Source: Patescibacteria group bacterium
GTDB lineage: Bacteria; Patescibacteriota; UBA1384; CAILIB01
Reading direction: 5' to 3'
Assembly: GCA_038322405.1 (NCBI GenBank)
Contig: JBBQFV010000001.1
Coordinates: forward strand, 1 to 39,759
Length of the DNA: 39,759 nt
Shown here: piece by piece, positions 1 through 7,761 of the stretch
How positions within the stretch are numbered: the stretch's first letter is position 1
Layout: each line of letters starts with the position of its first letter
Program-made: the position numbers and the translations under genes
Notes under the pieces: model-generated
Told to the model about the DNA's origin: nothing
Database searches by the model: none
The model's input: only the letters and a program-made list of their open reading frames with translations

Positions 1-583
1 CTTCGGAGAAAGCGTTGAGCTGCACCACGTCAGACCAAGGGGTAAAGTTCGGGTCCCGCCCATTGGAAAGCACCGCACTTTCTACCTGAATAAAATTCTG
101 GGGCTTGTCAGCAAGTTCTGCCGCTGTCCCTTGAATAAAATACTCTGGATGCTCACTCGCCCAGGAGTGATCGGCCGCTACGTGATTAGGGACATAATCA
201 AGAATGAGCCGCAAGCCGTGCTTTTTAAGTTCACTCCAGGCAGTTGCAAGCCCCTCACGCCCACCAAGCCACTCGCTTACCTCATAGGAACGAATGCTGT
301 ACGCGGAGCCTATCACGTCGCGCTCAAAGTTAAAGTCCGGAAGCACCCGGCGCATTTCGGGCTCGAAATTTGGATCTGCCTTATTGATTGCAATGGCCCG
401 TTCGCTGCGCTGCCATACTCCCATAAGCCAGACTGCGTTAAAGCCTAACCTGGCCAAGCGTTCGTATTCCTCAACCGGAACCGTGGCCAGGGTGACCGAC
501 TTGCCGGCCTTTTCACTCAGTCCCGAGAGCCAAACGGCTGTATTAATTTCGTACAGGTTGAGTAGGGCGTTTTTATTGGACAT
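1..583 (-). CDS. alpha-amylase-family (GH13) glycoside hydrolase, N-terminal part; the 3' end runs off the window
   Basis: Absent from the ORF track because it is open to the window edge. My minus-strand translation from the ATG (complement of 581-583) reads MSNKNALLNLYEINTAVWLSGL...GFNAVWLMGVWQRS...LRLILDYVPNHVAADHSWASEHPEYF. The DYVPNH block matches GH13 conserved region I. The listed + ORFs 131-448 and 294-668 are antisense shadows. Confidence 0.75.
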   Translation of the reverse strand, partial: MSNKNALLNLYEINTAVWLSGLSEKAGKSVTLATVPVEEYERLARLGFNAVWLMGVWQRSERAIAINKADPNFEPEMRRVLPDFNFERDVIGSAYSIRSYEVSEWLGGREGLATAWSELKKHGLRLILDYVPNHVAADHSWASEHPEYFIQGTAAELADKPQNFIQVESAVLSNGRDPNFTPWSDVVQLNAFSE

Positions 584-790
584 CGTAAGGCTAAGTATAG
601 CAAAAGTACCCGTGCGTAGAGCGCGGGTAGATTTAGATACGTACCAAATGACCTGCATCACTGCATAGGAGCGGGTTATAGAGCCCCCCTGCGTAATGAA
701 TTACCCCTAAAAACCCATGAATAACCTACATTATTTTTTAAAAACCTCGTGAAGTATGCAAATGAAAAGGTGATTGGTCAACGTGCCTGG

Positions 791-818
791 TTGCTTAATC
801 TAATGATCGTCGTATAGT
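791..818 (+). promoter_or_regulatory. candidate sigma70-type promoter for the PAS-GGDEF-EAL gene
   Basis: TTGCTT (791-796), 16-nt spacer, TATAGT (813-818), about 35 nt upstream of ATG 853. Confidence 0.3.
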
Positions 819-852
819 GGAAGTGCTACGCTTAGACTAGTCTGAACTCGTA

Positions 853-996
853 ATGCCAAACCGTCTCTCTTCGCTGTTCGAGAACGATGCCCCCTTCAGA
901 CACATGATCGAAAGCGCCGACGAGGGCGTATGGGTGGGCGATATCTACGGAAAAACGCTCTACGTTAATCCAAAGATGTCCCAGATGTTGGGCTAG
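853..996 (+). pseudogene. 5' segment of a PAS domain, severed from the downstream ORF by an in-frame TAG (994-996)
   Basis: ATG 853 is in the same frame as ORF 1009-3147. Translation reads MPNRLSSLFENDAPFRHMIESADEGVWVGDIYGKTLYVNPKMSQMLG*TNQELSSLPSEKFIAPE. The stop sits where PAS domains carry the Tyr of the GY(T/S)xxEL motif. Confidence 0.7.
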
Positions 997-1008
997 ACCA
1001 ACCAAGAG

Positions 1009-3147
1009 TTGTCCAGCCTGCCATCAGAAAAGTTTATTGCCCCCGAGAGCCTCCCCTTCCTCAGGGAAAGGCAGTTAGAGTTAGCCCACAACATTGCCGG
1101 CAATGTGCGCCAGCGTTACGAACTGCAGCTACTACGTAAAGACGGAATAACAGTCAACGTAAGGATATCGACTGTGCCTTTTTACGATGACCACAAAAAA
1201 CCTGCCGGTACGCTGGCAATGATTACGGACATTACCGAGCTAAAACGCCAGATTGAGGCAAAAGAGTTCCTCTCCAAAGCCACTGAAATACTCTCCTCTT
1301 CGCTCGATTACACTACCACCCTCGCCGCAGTGGCCAAACTAGCGGTGCCGCGCATTGCTGACTGGTGTGGCATCGATATTATTGATGAAAAAGGCTCCTT
1401 AAACCGGCTTGCTCTTGAGCACGTCGACCCAACCAAGATAGAACTGGCCTACGAGTTCCAAAGGACCTACCCGCCTGATCCTAAAGCCCGCCAAGGTGCA
1501 TTTGAGGTTGTGCGTAGCGGAAAATCGGAAATACTTCCGGTGCTTACCGATGAAATGATTGAACTCGGGGTAGTTGACGAGCGCCAAAAGGAAATGATCT
1601 ATGCCCTTGGATTTAAGTCCTACATGATTGTCCCGCTAAAGGCGCGCGGTAAAACTATGGGGGTCATTACCTTTGTGACCGGAGTAGAAAGTGGAGTTTT
1701 TTATGACGAACGCGACTTAGTTGTTGCCGAGGAGCTGGCCCACTACGCCGCCCTCGCTATTGATAATTCCCTACTGCATACCCAAGCTCAGAATGAGCTT
1801 AGAGAACGTGTATCAACAGAGGAAAAAATTCGTCACCAAGCCCTACACGATTCGCTTACCAACTTGCCTAACCGCATTTTCCTGCAGGAACAGCTCACCC
1901 AAGCCTGTCGCAAAGCGATGAGGGAAAAGAAACGCTGTGGCATATTGTTCCTCGACCTCGACCGCTTTAAGCTGGTTAACGACTCGTTGGGGCACCATGC
2001 GGGTGACGAATTGCTAAAAATTGTGGCCGAGCGCTTACTTGAGAGTATTGGCCCAAGTGACACGGTAGCCCGCTTTGGTGGTGACGAATTTGTGATTATC
2101 ACAAACAATGCATCGACCGATGAGGATTTAGTAGTGTTAGCTAAAAAAATATTTAAGGCCCTCGAAGTGCCTGTCTATATCTATGACCAAGACGTGTATG
2201 TAAACACCAGCATAGGCATTGCCATTTACCCGACTGACAGCAAAAATATCCAAACCCTTATCAAGCATGCGGATAGCGCACTTTACTGTGCCAAAGACGA
2301 AGGCCGCAGCACCTTTTGCTTCCACTCCAGCCAAGGCGGCAAAGACGCTAGCAAGCGGCTTTCTCTGGAATCCGACTTGCGCCTAGCCTTAAAAAACACT
2401 CAGTTCGAGCTACACTACCAGCCCGTCTACAGCATTGTGCAGGAGCGCATAATTTCTGCCGAAGCTTTAATCCGCTGGAACCATCCCTCTCAGGGGCTTC
2501 TCTCTCCAGCCAGCTTCCTTTCCTACGCCGAAGATACCGGCATAATCCACCGGCTTGGGCGTTGGATTATGCAAGACGCCTGTCGCCAACTTGTCGAATG
2601 GTCAAAAACAGAGTTGAAAGATATTGCCGTGGCCGTAAACATTTCTCCGCTTCAATTTTTCCGGCCCGACTTTGTGAGCCAGTTCAAGGAGATTATCGAG
2701 GTAACCGGAGCCGACCCTCACAAAATTACCTTGGAAATTACCGAGAATGTGGCCATGCAGCACATTGATACGGTCATAATTCGCCTCAACGAGCTGAAGG
2801 CCTTGGGCTTTAAAATTGCCATCGATGACTTTGGCGTCGGCCATTCCTCTCTTGGCTACCTTAAAATGCTCCCAATCGACACTCTTAAGATTGATAAGAG
2901 TTTCGTGCAATCGGCCTTGCATAGCATTGCCGATGACGCCATTGTGACTGCCGTATCTACCCTTGCCCGAACACTTGATCTGAATGTCATTGCGGAAGGG
3001 GTTGAAGGCGAAGAGCATGTACGTCACCTTTGCAGCAACGGCTCCTGCGACCAAATTCAAGGCTACGCCGTGAGCAAGCCTCTGTCCTCTAAAGATTTCC
3101 ACTCGTTCGTTATACGCGGTGCGCCATTGCTTGGTACCCTGGCTTAA
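1009..3147 (+). CDS. c-di-GMP signalling protein: (partial PAS)-GAF-GGDEF-EAL
   Basis: 712-aa ORF. It contains the PAS C-terminal half (YELQLLRKDGITVNVRISTVPFYDD...GTLAMITDITELK) and a GAF-like block (ILSSSLDYTTTL...MIVPLKARGKTMGVITF). It also has the RFGGDEFVII diguanylate cyclase motif and EAL phosphodiesterase motifs (AEALIRW, DDFGVGHSSL, KIDKSF). The listed start is a TTG just after the in-frame TAG. Confidence 0.9.
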   Translation: MSSLPSEKFIAPESLPFLRERQLELAHNIAGNVRQRYELQLLRKDGITVNVRISTVPFYDDHKKPAGTLAMITDITELKRQIEAKEFLSKATEILSSSLDYTTTLAAVAKLAVPRIADWCGIDIIDEKGSLNRLALEHVDPTKIELAYEFQRTYPPDPKARQGAFEVVRSGKSEILPVLTDEMIELGVVDERQKEMIYALGFKSYMIVPLKARGKTMGVITFVTGVESGVFYDERDLVVAEELAHYAALAIDNSLLHTQAQNELRERVSTEEKIRHQALHDSLTNLPNRIFLQEQLTQACRKAMREKKRCGILFLDLDRFKLVNDSLGHHAGDELLKIVAERLLESIGPSDTVARFGGDEFVIITNNASTDEDLVVLAKKIFKALEVPVYIYDQDVYVNTSIGIAIYPTDSKNIQTLIKHADSALYCAKDEGRSTFCFHSSQGGKDASKRLSLESDLRLALKNTQFELHYQPVYSIVQERIISAEALIRWNHPSQGLLSPASFLSYAEDTGIIHRLGRWIMQDACRQLVEWSKTELKDIAVAVNISPLQFFRPDFVSQFKEIIEVTGADPHKITLEITENVAMQHIDTVIIRLNELKALGFKIAIDDFGVGHSSLGYLKMLPIDTLKIDKSFVQSALHSIADDAIVTAVSTLARTLDLNVIAEGVEGEEHVRHLCSNGSCDQIQGYAVSKPLSSKDFHSFVIRGAPLLGTLA

Positions 3148-4076
3148 ATACCAAGATTGGTCAAAATGCGGTCATGAATGACCATGGCGGCAGAGGCGCC
3201 TTGCCCCGCCGCAATAATGATCTGGTCAGGGCCCGTATTGCAGGGGCCCACGGCGAAAAGGTTAGGGACCGAACTTTCAAGCGTCTCAAAGTTGACCTTT
3301 ATGTAGCCGTCTTGGTCGCGATCAACCACGAGAGTTTCGGCATTTAAAAAGATGTCGTGCCGTTTGACACCGAGGCGGGTATAGAGGATATCCAAATTAA
3401 GGTTGGCACCATTGGCAAGCGTTACTGAGTGCAGCTTGCCGTTTTCGCCGTTGAAACAAATGAGCGGTGAAGAGTGCACGGCAATGCCCTCGCTCTCGGC
3501 CAACACAACGAGGTCGCGGGAAAACGCGGTATCCGGGCGGTCTGGCAGCACACAGAGCGCCGACCCTTTTTGCATAGCGTTAAACGCTCGAGCGGTAATG
3601 AGTCCCATGTCACTATTGGTTATGATTGCCGTTTTACAACCTTTAGTTTGATACCAGTTGCACGCAGCACAAGGAAAAACTGACTTACCAAAATAGTCGT
3701 ACACGTCCGGAGCATCGGGCATGACGTCGTGCACGCCGACCGCCACAATAACGTAGTCGGCCAGGTAGTGAGCTGGTTTGTCGGTGTTTACCATGAACCT
3801 GCCCTCGGGAGTTTTGGTGACAGCGGTGACTGTTTCTTCCCGCTTGTCTATGTCAAAGCGCTTGAGCTGCTGGTCGATATTATGCAAAAAGTCTGGTCCC
3901 GGCAGCGGTTTAGTGAACCCTAGTACGTTTTCCAATTCGTAGGCCCACGCCGTGCGGCCACGGATGGTTTTGCCGGCATCGAAAAGAGTGACTTGCTGGT
4001 TAAAACGGGCCAGATAAATAGCGGCGCTCGCCCCACCCGGCCCCGCACCAATGACAATTGTTTTTTCTTGGGTCAT
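3144..4076 (-). CDS. thioredoxin-reductase-like FAD-dependent disulfide oxidoreductase (no recognisable NADPH-binding GxGxxA motif)
   Basis: 310 aa. It has the N-terminal FAD motif VIGAGPGGASAA, a redox CAAC (TrxR has CATC/CAVC) and the C-terminal FAVGPC...GQGASAA block. Where TrxR has VAVIGGGNSAVEEA, this protein reads TAIITNSDMGLITA. Confidence 0.8.
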   Translation of the reverse strand: MTQEKTIVIGAGPGGASAAIYLARFNQQVTLFDAGKTIRGRTAWAYELENVLGFTKPLPGPDFLHNIDQQLKRFDIDKREETVTAVTKTPEGRFMVNTDKPAHYLADYVIVAVGVHDVMPDAPDVYDYFGKSVFPCAACNWYQTKGCKTAIITNSDMGLITARAFNAMQKGSALCVLPDRPDTAFSRDLVVLAESEGIAVHSSPLICFNGENGKLHSVTLANGANLNLDILYTRLGVKRHDIFLNAETLVVDRDQDGYIKVNFETLESSVPNLFAVGPCNTGPDQIIIAAGQGASAAMVIHDRILTNLGI

Positions 4077-4177
4077 ATTTCAATGGTACTAGGTTCTCTC
4101 AAAAAACAACACCGAGGGGTGAAAACCTGGCCTTTCTGCTATAAAGAGGAAAGCCTTGGGTGGTATATGGAGGAAAA

Positions 4178-4378
4178 ATGACAACAGATCAATGGGTTTG
4201 TAAGTGTGGGACACACAATTCATTCCTAAGGAAAAAATGCCGCAACTATGTGTGCAGACTTTCCCAAGCAGAGGGGAAAGTGACGGAAGAGACGTGTATG
4301 GAAGTAATAGGGTTAGTCGAAACCCATAACATGCTGCAAAAGCTAGGCTACCCTGTCAGCTATCCCGGGGAAGGCTAA
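4178..4378 (+). CDS. small zinc-ribbon protein (RanBP2-like Cys4 spacing)
   Basis: GGAGG lies 5 nt upstream of ATG 4178. Translation reads MTTDQWVCKCGTHNSFLRKKCRNYVC... with W-x-C-x-C-x3-N-x6-C-x4-C spacing. A terminator hairpin follows. Confidence 0.5.
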   Translation: MTTDQWVCKCGTHNSFLRKKCRNYVCRLSQAEGKVTEETCMEVIGLVETHNMLQKLGYPVSYPGEG

Positions 4379-4398
4379 CTGCCTTCCCCTTTTCTATT
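4367..4398 (+). terminator. rho-independent terminator between convergent genes
   Basis: Stem ggggaaggc (4367-4375), loop taact, stem gccttcccc (4381-4389), then ttttctatt. Confidence 0.6.
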
Positions 4399-4401
4399 AA
4401 G

Positions 4402-5490
4402 TTAGGCCCCTTGGGTGTTTAATGACTCAGCACCGTTGACCAACTCCCACTGCGCATTAATTTCTTCTTCCGAATAAATGCCCTGCAAGATGTTCCGAAA
4501 CAACTTTTCCTTGATATCTTCGGACAAGTAGCGGTCAACGGCTACCGGCAGGCCAGCTTTTTTCCACTCCTGGTAGGCCTCCCACACCTCAAATGACACT
4601 TCCGAGGGAAGGCTGACCAGTAAAATGTCTTGAATTTCGTCATCGTACTGTAGGTGGGCTTTGGCCCGGTCTACTTGGTTCTGCTTTTTCGCTAAAACTT
4701 CAGGCGTGTCGTTAATCGTGAACTGAATGCCCGTAGTTTCCGGCATATCTGCTTCTTCAATCCGTACGCCACGTTCGTGGTGGCGTTTACGTACAATAAA
4801 GTCTACTTTTTGCAAAACGTCCTGGTAGATATCGGCAGGCTCGAGCGTAAAGTCCAGGTTAGTGTCGTATTGCAGACGCTCGAAAAAGGTAGCAATCACC
4901 TGTTCGGCAATTTTACCCTTACGTTCAATGTGGTCTTCCCGTTCCCCGAGCAAATTATTATATGCCTCAGTTACGTATGTCCGGTTTCGGTTGCTGTTCA
5001 GCTCATCGAGGTAAATTTGCTCATCTAGATGGTTGCGAATTTCCCGCTTGGCATTTTCCACCAGGTGGCGCTTGCGCACGGAACGAGGCACAGTTTGGGG
5101 ATCGAGATACAGCCTGTACCCCCTTTTCTCCGCCGTTAGTACTTCGCCCTCGCTCAGCTCACATTCCAGCTCGTTTACTGCAACGAGATAACGGCCGCCT
5201 TCGAAAAGTACTGGCAAGGAACCGGGCTCAATTTCCGCTGCCATTTCCGGCTTGTCTATCCCTTCCAGTTCTTGATAGAGTTTTTGCATACACTCCTGTT
5301 TCAAGAACTGCATTTGATATATCTCCATTTCGGCACGCACCGCGGTACCGGAGCGACGGGCATAGCCCTGCACAGTACCGATAATTTCGGTATCGAGATC
5401 TTCCCGTCCTTTGCCTTCTTGCTCAGTTGATACATCTTCCCGGGCCAGTTCGTTCAAGTTTTCCAGCCGTTGTTCAAATTTAGGATGCAC
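4402..5490 (-). CDS. hypothetical acidic 362-aa protein, family not recognised
   Basis: Long uninterrupted ORF with coding-like composition and no TM segments. The C-terminal half (GKIAEQVIATFFERL...DIYQDVLQKVDFIV...TGIQFT) loosely recalls a PD-(D/E)xK/Mrr-type core, but I cannot support that call. Confidence 0.6.
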   Translation of the reverse strand: MHPKFEQRLENLNELAREDVSTEQEGKGREDLDTEIIGTVQGYARRSGTAVRAEMEIYQMQFLKQECMQKLYQELEGIDKPEMAAEIEPGSLPVLFEGGRYLVAVNELECELSEGEVLTAEKRGYRLYLDPQTVPRSVRKRHLVENAKREIRNHLDEQIYLDELNSNRNRTYVTEAYNNLLGEREDHIERKGKIAEQVIATFFERLQYDTNLDFTLEPADIYQDVLQKVDFIVRKRHHERGVRIEEADMPETTGIQFTINDTPEVLAKKQNQVDRAKAHLQYDDEIQDILLVSLPSEVSFEVWEAYQEWKKAGLPVAVDRYLSEDIKEKLFRNILQGIYSEEEINAQWELVNGAESLNTQGA

Positions 5491-5563
5491 AAGGAATAGT
5501 TAGCTGCTTTCTTAGTCATATTCTACCGGTTAGAGACTAAATAGGATACATTTGACCAGGTAG

Positions 5564-5592
5564 TTGACTTCCTTGGGTTAACCCACTATAGT
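5564..5592 (+). promoter_or_regulatory. sigma70-type promoter of the ArsR-family operon
   Basis: TTGACT (5564-5569), 17-nt spacer, TATAGT (5587-5592). Confidence 0.5.
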
Positions 5593-5612
5593 TAACATAT
5601 AGGTTAACTATA
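5587..5612. promoter_or_regulatory. perfect 10-bp inverted repeat, candidate ArsR operator
   Basis: tatagttaac (5587-5596), 6-nt spacer atatag, gttaactata (5603-5612). It overlaps the -10 box and ends 1 nt before the ArsR ATG (5614). Confidence 0.55.
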
Positions 5613-5613
5613 A

Positions 5614-5955
5614 ATGCCCCCACCCCCTACCACCTCTGAGCAGCTAGACGCCATTTACACGGCCCTTGGCAACGCTAAGCGCCGCGGAATGGTCAGCACC
5701 CTTTCGTTACGCCCTGCTACGGTGAGCCAGTTGGCAGAGGAGCAACAGCTCTCCCTGCCCGCCATCCATAAGCACATCCGTCTGCTTGAAGATGCCACGC
5801 TCATCCAGCGCAAAAAGGTCGGCCGCACCAACTTTGTGGCCTTACGCCGCACTGGTTTGTTGCAGGGCCAGGCCTGGCTCGCAGGATTTAGGGCCGATTG
5901 GGGCAACGATAGCGAAAACCTAGAAAATTATATATCCGCATTGACTAGTAACTAA
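5614..5955 (+). CDS. ArsR/SmtB-family winged-helix transcriptional regulator
   Basis: 113 aa. LGNAKRRGMVSTLSLRPATVSQLAEEQQLSLPAIHKHIRLLEDATLIQRKKVGRTNFVAL is the typical ArsR HTH-wing pattern. Confidence 0.85.
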   Translation: MPPPPTTSEQLDAIYTALGNAKRRGMVSTLSLRPATVSQLAEEQQLSLPAIHKHIRLLEDATLIQRKKVGRTNFVALRRTGLLQGQAWLAGFRADWGNDSENLENYISALTSN

Positions 5956-5989
5956 CACTTTTATGTAAAAGTACGTCTACCTATTTCAC

Positions 5990-6268
5990 GTGAATGGTCC
6001 ACTGGAGATGACTGATGAACTTACTAAAGCTAACATGGACTGGTTTACCAATCTGGGAGAGAAGCTTATCGATAGCGGCAATCCCTTCAACCCAGATTCC
6101 GAAGTCCAAGTGAGCGAAGTCCAAGTGCAACACGACGCCGATTCCGTCGCCGGTTACTGCATTGTAAACGCTGAAAACCTGGAAGAAGCCATTAAAATTG
6201 CCCAGGCTAATCCAATTACCACACTTAAAGGCTGCTCCGTTAAGGTTTACGAGACAATGCCCATGTAA
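5990..6268 (+). CDS. YCII/DGPF-superfamily small protein
   Basis: The C-terminal GYCIVNAENLEEAIKIAQANP...GCSVKVYE matches the YCII-related pattern (GGYwiieA.sldEA...a...P). Start is uncertain (GTG 5990 or ATG 6008). It contains a 15-bp tandem duplication encoding SEVQV-SEVQV. Confidence 0.55.
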   Translation: MNGPLEMTDELTKANMDWFTNLGEKLIDSGNPFNPDSEVQVSEVQVQHDADSVAGYCIVNAENLEEAIKIAQANPITTLKGCSVKVYETMPM

Positions 6269-6280
6269 GATGGTTGCGCT

Positions 6281-6308
6281 AAAAGAGAGCCTACGGGTTC
6301 TCTTTTTT
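6281..6308 (+). terminator. rho-independent terminator after the ArsR-YCII operon
   Basis: aaaagagagcc-tacg-ggttctc followed by tttttt; 8-bp stem including one G-U pair. Confidence 0.6.
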
Positions 6309-6731
6309 ATTAGCCGCGCAATGGAAGTTGGGGACTTATTGTAGTGCGTTTCGGTTACTAGCCAACTGGTTTGCTCTGCGCCCCAACGCCGCTTCCACTG
6401 AGCCGGGGTAAACAGGTATTCAATGCCCGCCAGCTTATCGTTTATGGCCTTTTCAATAATGGTTTTCGATAAAATAGTAAGCGGGCTAAAATCGTACCAA
6501 ACCGGGTCAAAGCCGGAATAGTAGTACATGAGGGTTCCCCGGTAATAAAACATATTGCATGAGCTTTGGCAGGGCATCTTGTAAAAAACTCACCTGTTTT
6601 TCAGCAGGAATGTGGTTGGTGTGCTCAGGCCCGCGCCTACTTTTGGCCCGTTCACGCTGCACCTGCACAAGCTGGTCAATAGTTTCGGCGGCCTGGCCTT
6701 TTTTGGTAATGAAATCAATTTTCCAACTCAC
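6309..6731 (-). pseudogene. 5'-truncated, frameshifted remnant of a CelD/FemAB-like (Acetyltransf_6) GNAT protein
   Basis: Two overlapping minus ORFs (6507-6731 and 5981-6577) join as ...FLQDALPKLMQ / FYYRGTLMYYYSGFDPVWYDFSPLTILSKTIIEKAINDKLAGIEYLFTPAQWKRRWGAE. This is the C-terminal signature of that family. The frames switch at a T4 run near 6545. Only about 140 aa of a protein normally near 350 aa remain. Confidence 0.45.
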
Positions 6732-6806
6732 CCCGCTTTTCTTTATTGCCTAAACAGCCTGCAATTGTTATATGTTAGATAGTAAAAATAAGCCCGAACG
6801 CACCCT

Positions 6807-7178
6807 ATGACCCTCATCCCCTACCTGTTTTTCATCGGCAACTGCGAAGAAGCAATGAATTATTACCACGGCATTTTTGGTGGTAAACTGAAAACTGTTC
6901 CAAACGAAGGTGGCCAAGGCCTCATGCACGCCGACTTGTCGGGTGGTGATATTTGCTTTATGGCAAGCGACGGTACTCGCACCACACCCTATGAGACCAG
7001 CTATGTCACTCTTTCCCTAAACGGTACTGACTCCGAAAAAATTACCGGTGCTTTCACCAAGTTAAGTGAAGGCGGCATTGTCACCCACCCGCTACAACCA
7101 ATGCCTTGGGGTGACACCCACGGCGCGCTTACCGATAAGTACGGCGTTGACTGGATGGTAAATATTGCGGCCAACTAA
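6807..7178 (+). CDS. VOC/glyoxalase-fold protein, PhnB/YjdN-like
   Basis: 123 aa. MTLIPYLFFIGNCEEAMNYYHGIFGG...HADL...FMASD...PWGDTHGALTDKYGVDWMVN is the classic PhnB-like pattern. Confidence 0.85.
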   Translation: MTLIPYLFFIGNCEEAMNYYHGIFGGKLKTVPNEGGQGLMHADLSGGDICFMASDGTRTTPYETSYVTLSLNGTDSEKITGAFTKLSEGGIVTHPLQPMPWGDTHGALTDKYGVDWMVNIAAN

Positions 7179-7207
7179 TTTGGGATTATGTTTGCTCCTA
7201 GAGCAAT

Positions 7208-7645
7208 TTATATGGGATAGCCAAAATGCCGCACATCCTCTTCTATTCCTCCTGTTGCCCGGTAAAACGCTAGAGCGCCGTTATCGGCAATGTCCGCTTG
7301 GACGTATATTTCCGATACGTCTAGCACCCGGGCCCGCTCTTTGAGTTCCTCGAGCAAATTGCGGCCAACGCCTTGGCGTTGATGATCCGTTAAAACAGCC
7401 AGGTCGTAAAGGTACATTTCATGCTTTTCCGAATATACCGATGGCAGCACATAGGCGGTCAATCCACCAATCACCTTTCCTTCGGAGTAGGCTGCCAAAA
7501 AAATAATTGCCTTATTGGCAATTAGCGACTGAATATGGATTTCTCCCGGCACTCTTAATTCAGGCAGTTCGAACACTTCCTTATACAGTTCAATAAGGCT
7601 TGTCAGACCGGCAATATTATCGATTTGTTTATAGGTACAGGGCAT
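7208..7645 (-). CDS. AAC(3)-I-like aminoglycoside N-acetyltransferase (GNAT)
   Basis: AIIFLAAYSEGKVIGGLTAYVLPSVYSEKHEMYLYDLAVLTDHQRQGVGRNLLEELKERARVLDVSEIYVQADIADNGALAFYRATGGIEEDVRHF aligns colinearly with AAC(3)-Ia as I recall it ([94 protein letters not shown]). I prefer ATG 7645; the ORF extends to TTG 7762. Confidence 0.75.
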   Translation of the reverse strand: MPCTYKQIDNIAGLTSLIELYKEVFELPELRVPGEIHIQSLIANKAIIFLAAYSEGKVIGGLTAYVLPSVYSEKHEMYLYDLAVLTDHQRQGVGRNLLEELKERARVLDVSEIYVQADIADNGALAFYRATGGIEEDVRHFGYPI

Positions 7646-7761
7646 ATACCCATTATCCCATATACCGCTTGAACCCGCCACCAAACCAGTAAAACGGCTT
7701 ATTAATTGCTTGGCGGTTTGACATGGCGTAATACTTGATAAGTAAAGTTTAAGCAATTCCA

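Noticed and set aside
994-996. TAG reassignment or an alternative genetic code as the explanation for the in-frame TAG in the PAS domain
   Set aside because: TAG terminates well-conserved genes in the same window at their expected ends. These are secA (35282), serS (38035), the RelE-type toxin gene (15078) and the methyltransferase gene (24127). A code change is therefore not supported.
5981-6300. The 3' part of minus ORF 5981-6577, overlapping the YCII-like gene
   Set aside because: It is antisense to a better-supported plus-strand gene and runs through that gene's terminator hairpin. Only the portion above about 6309 shows family-like sequence, and that portion is a remnant.
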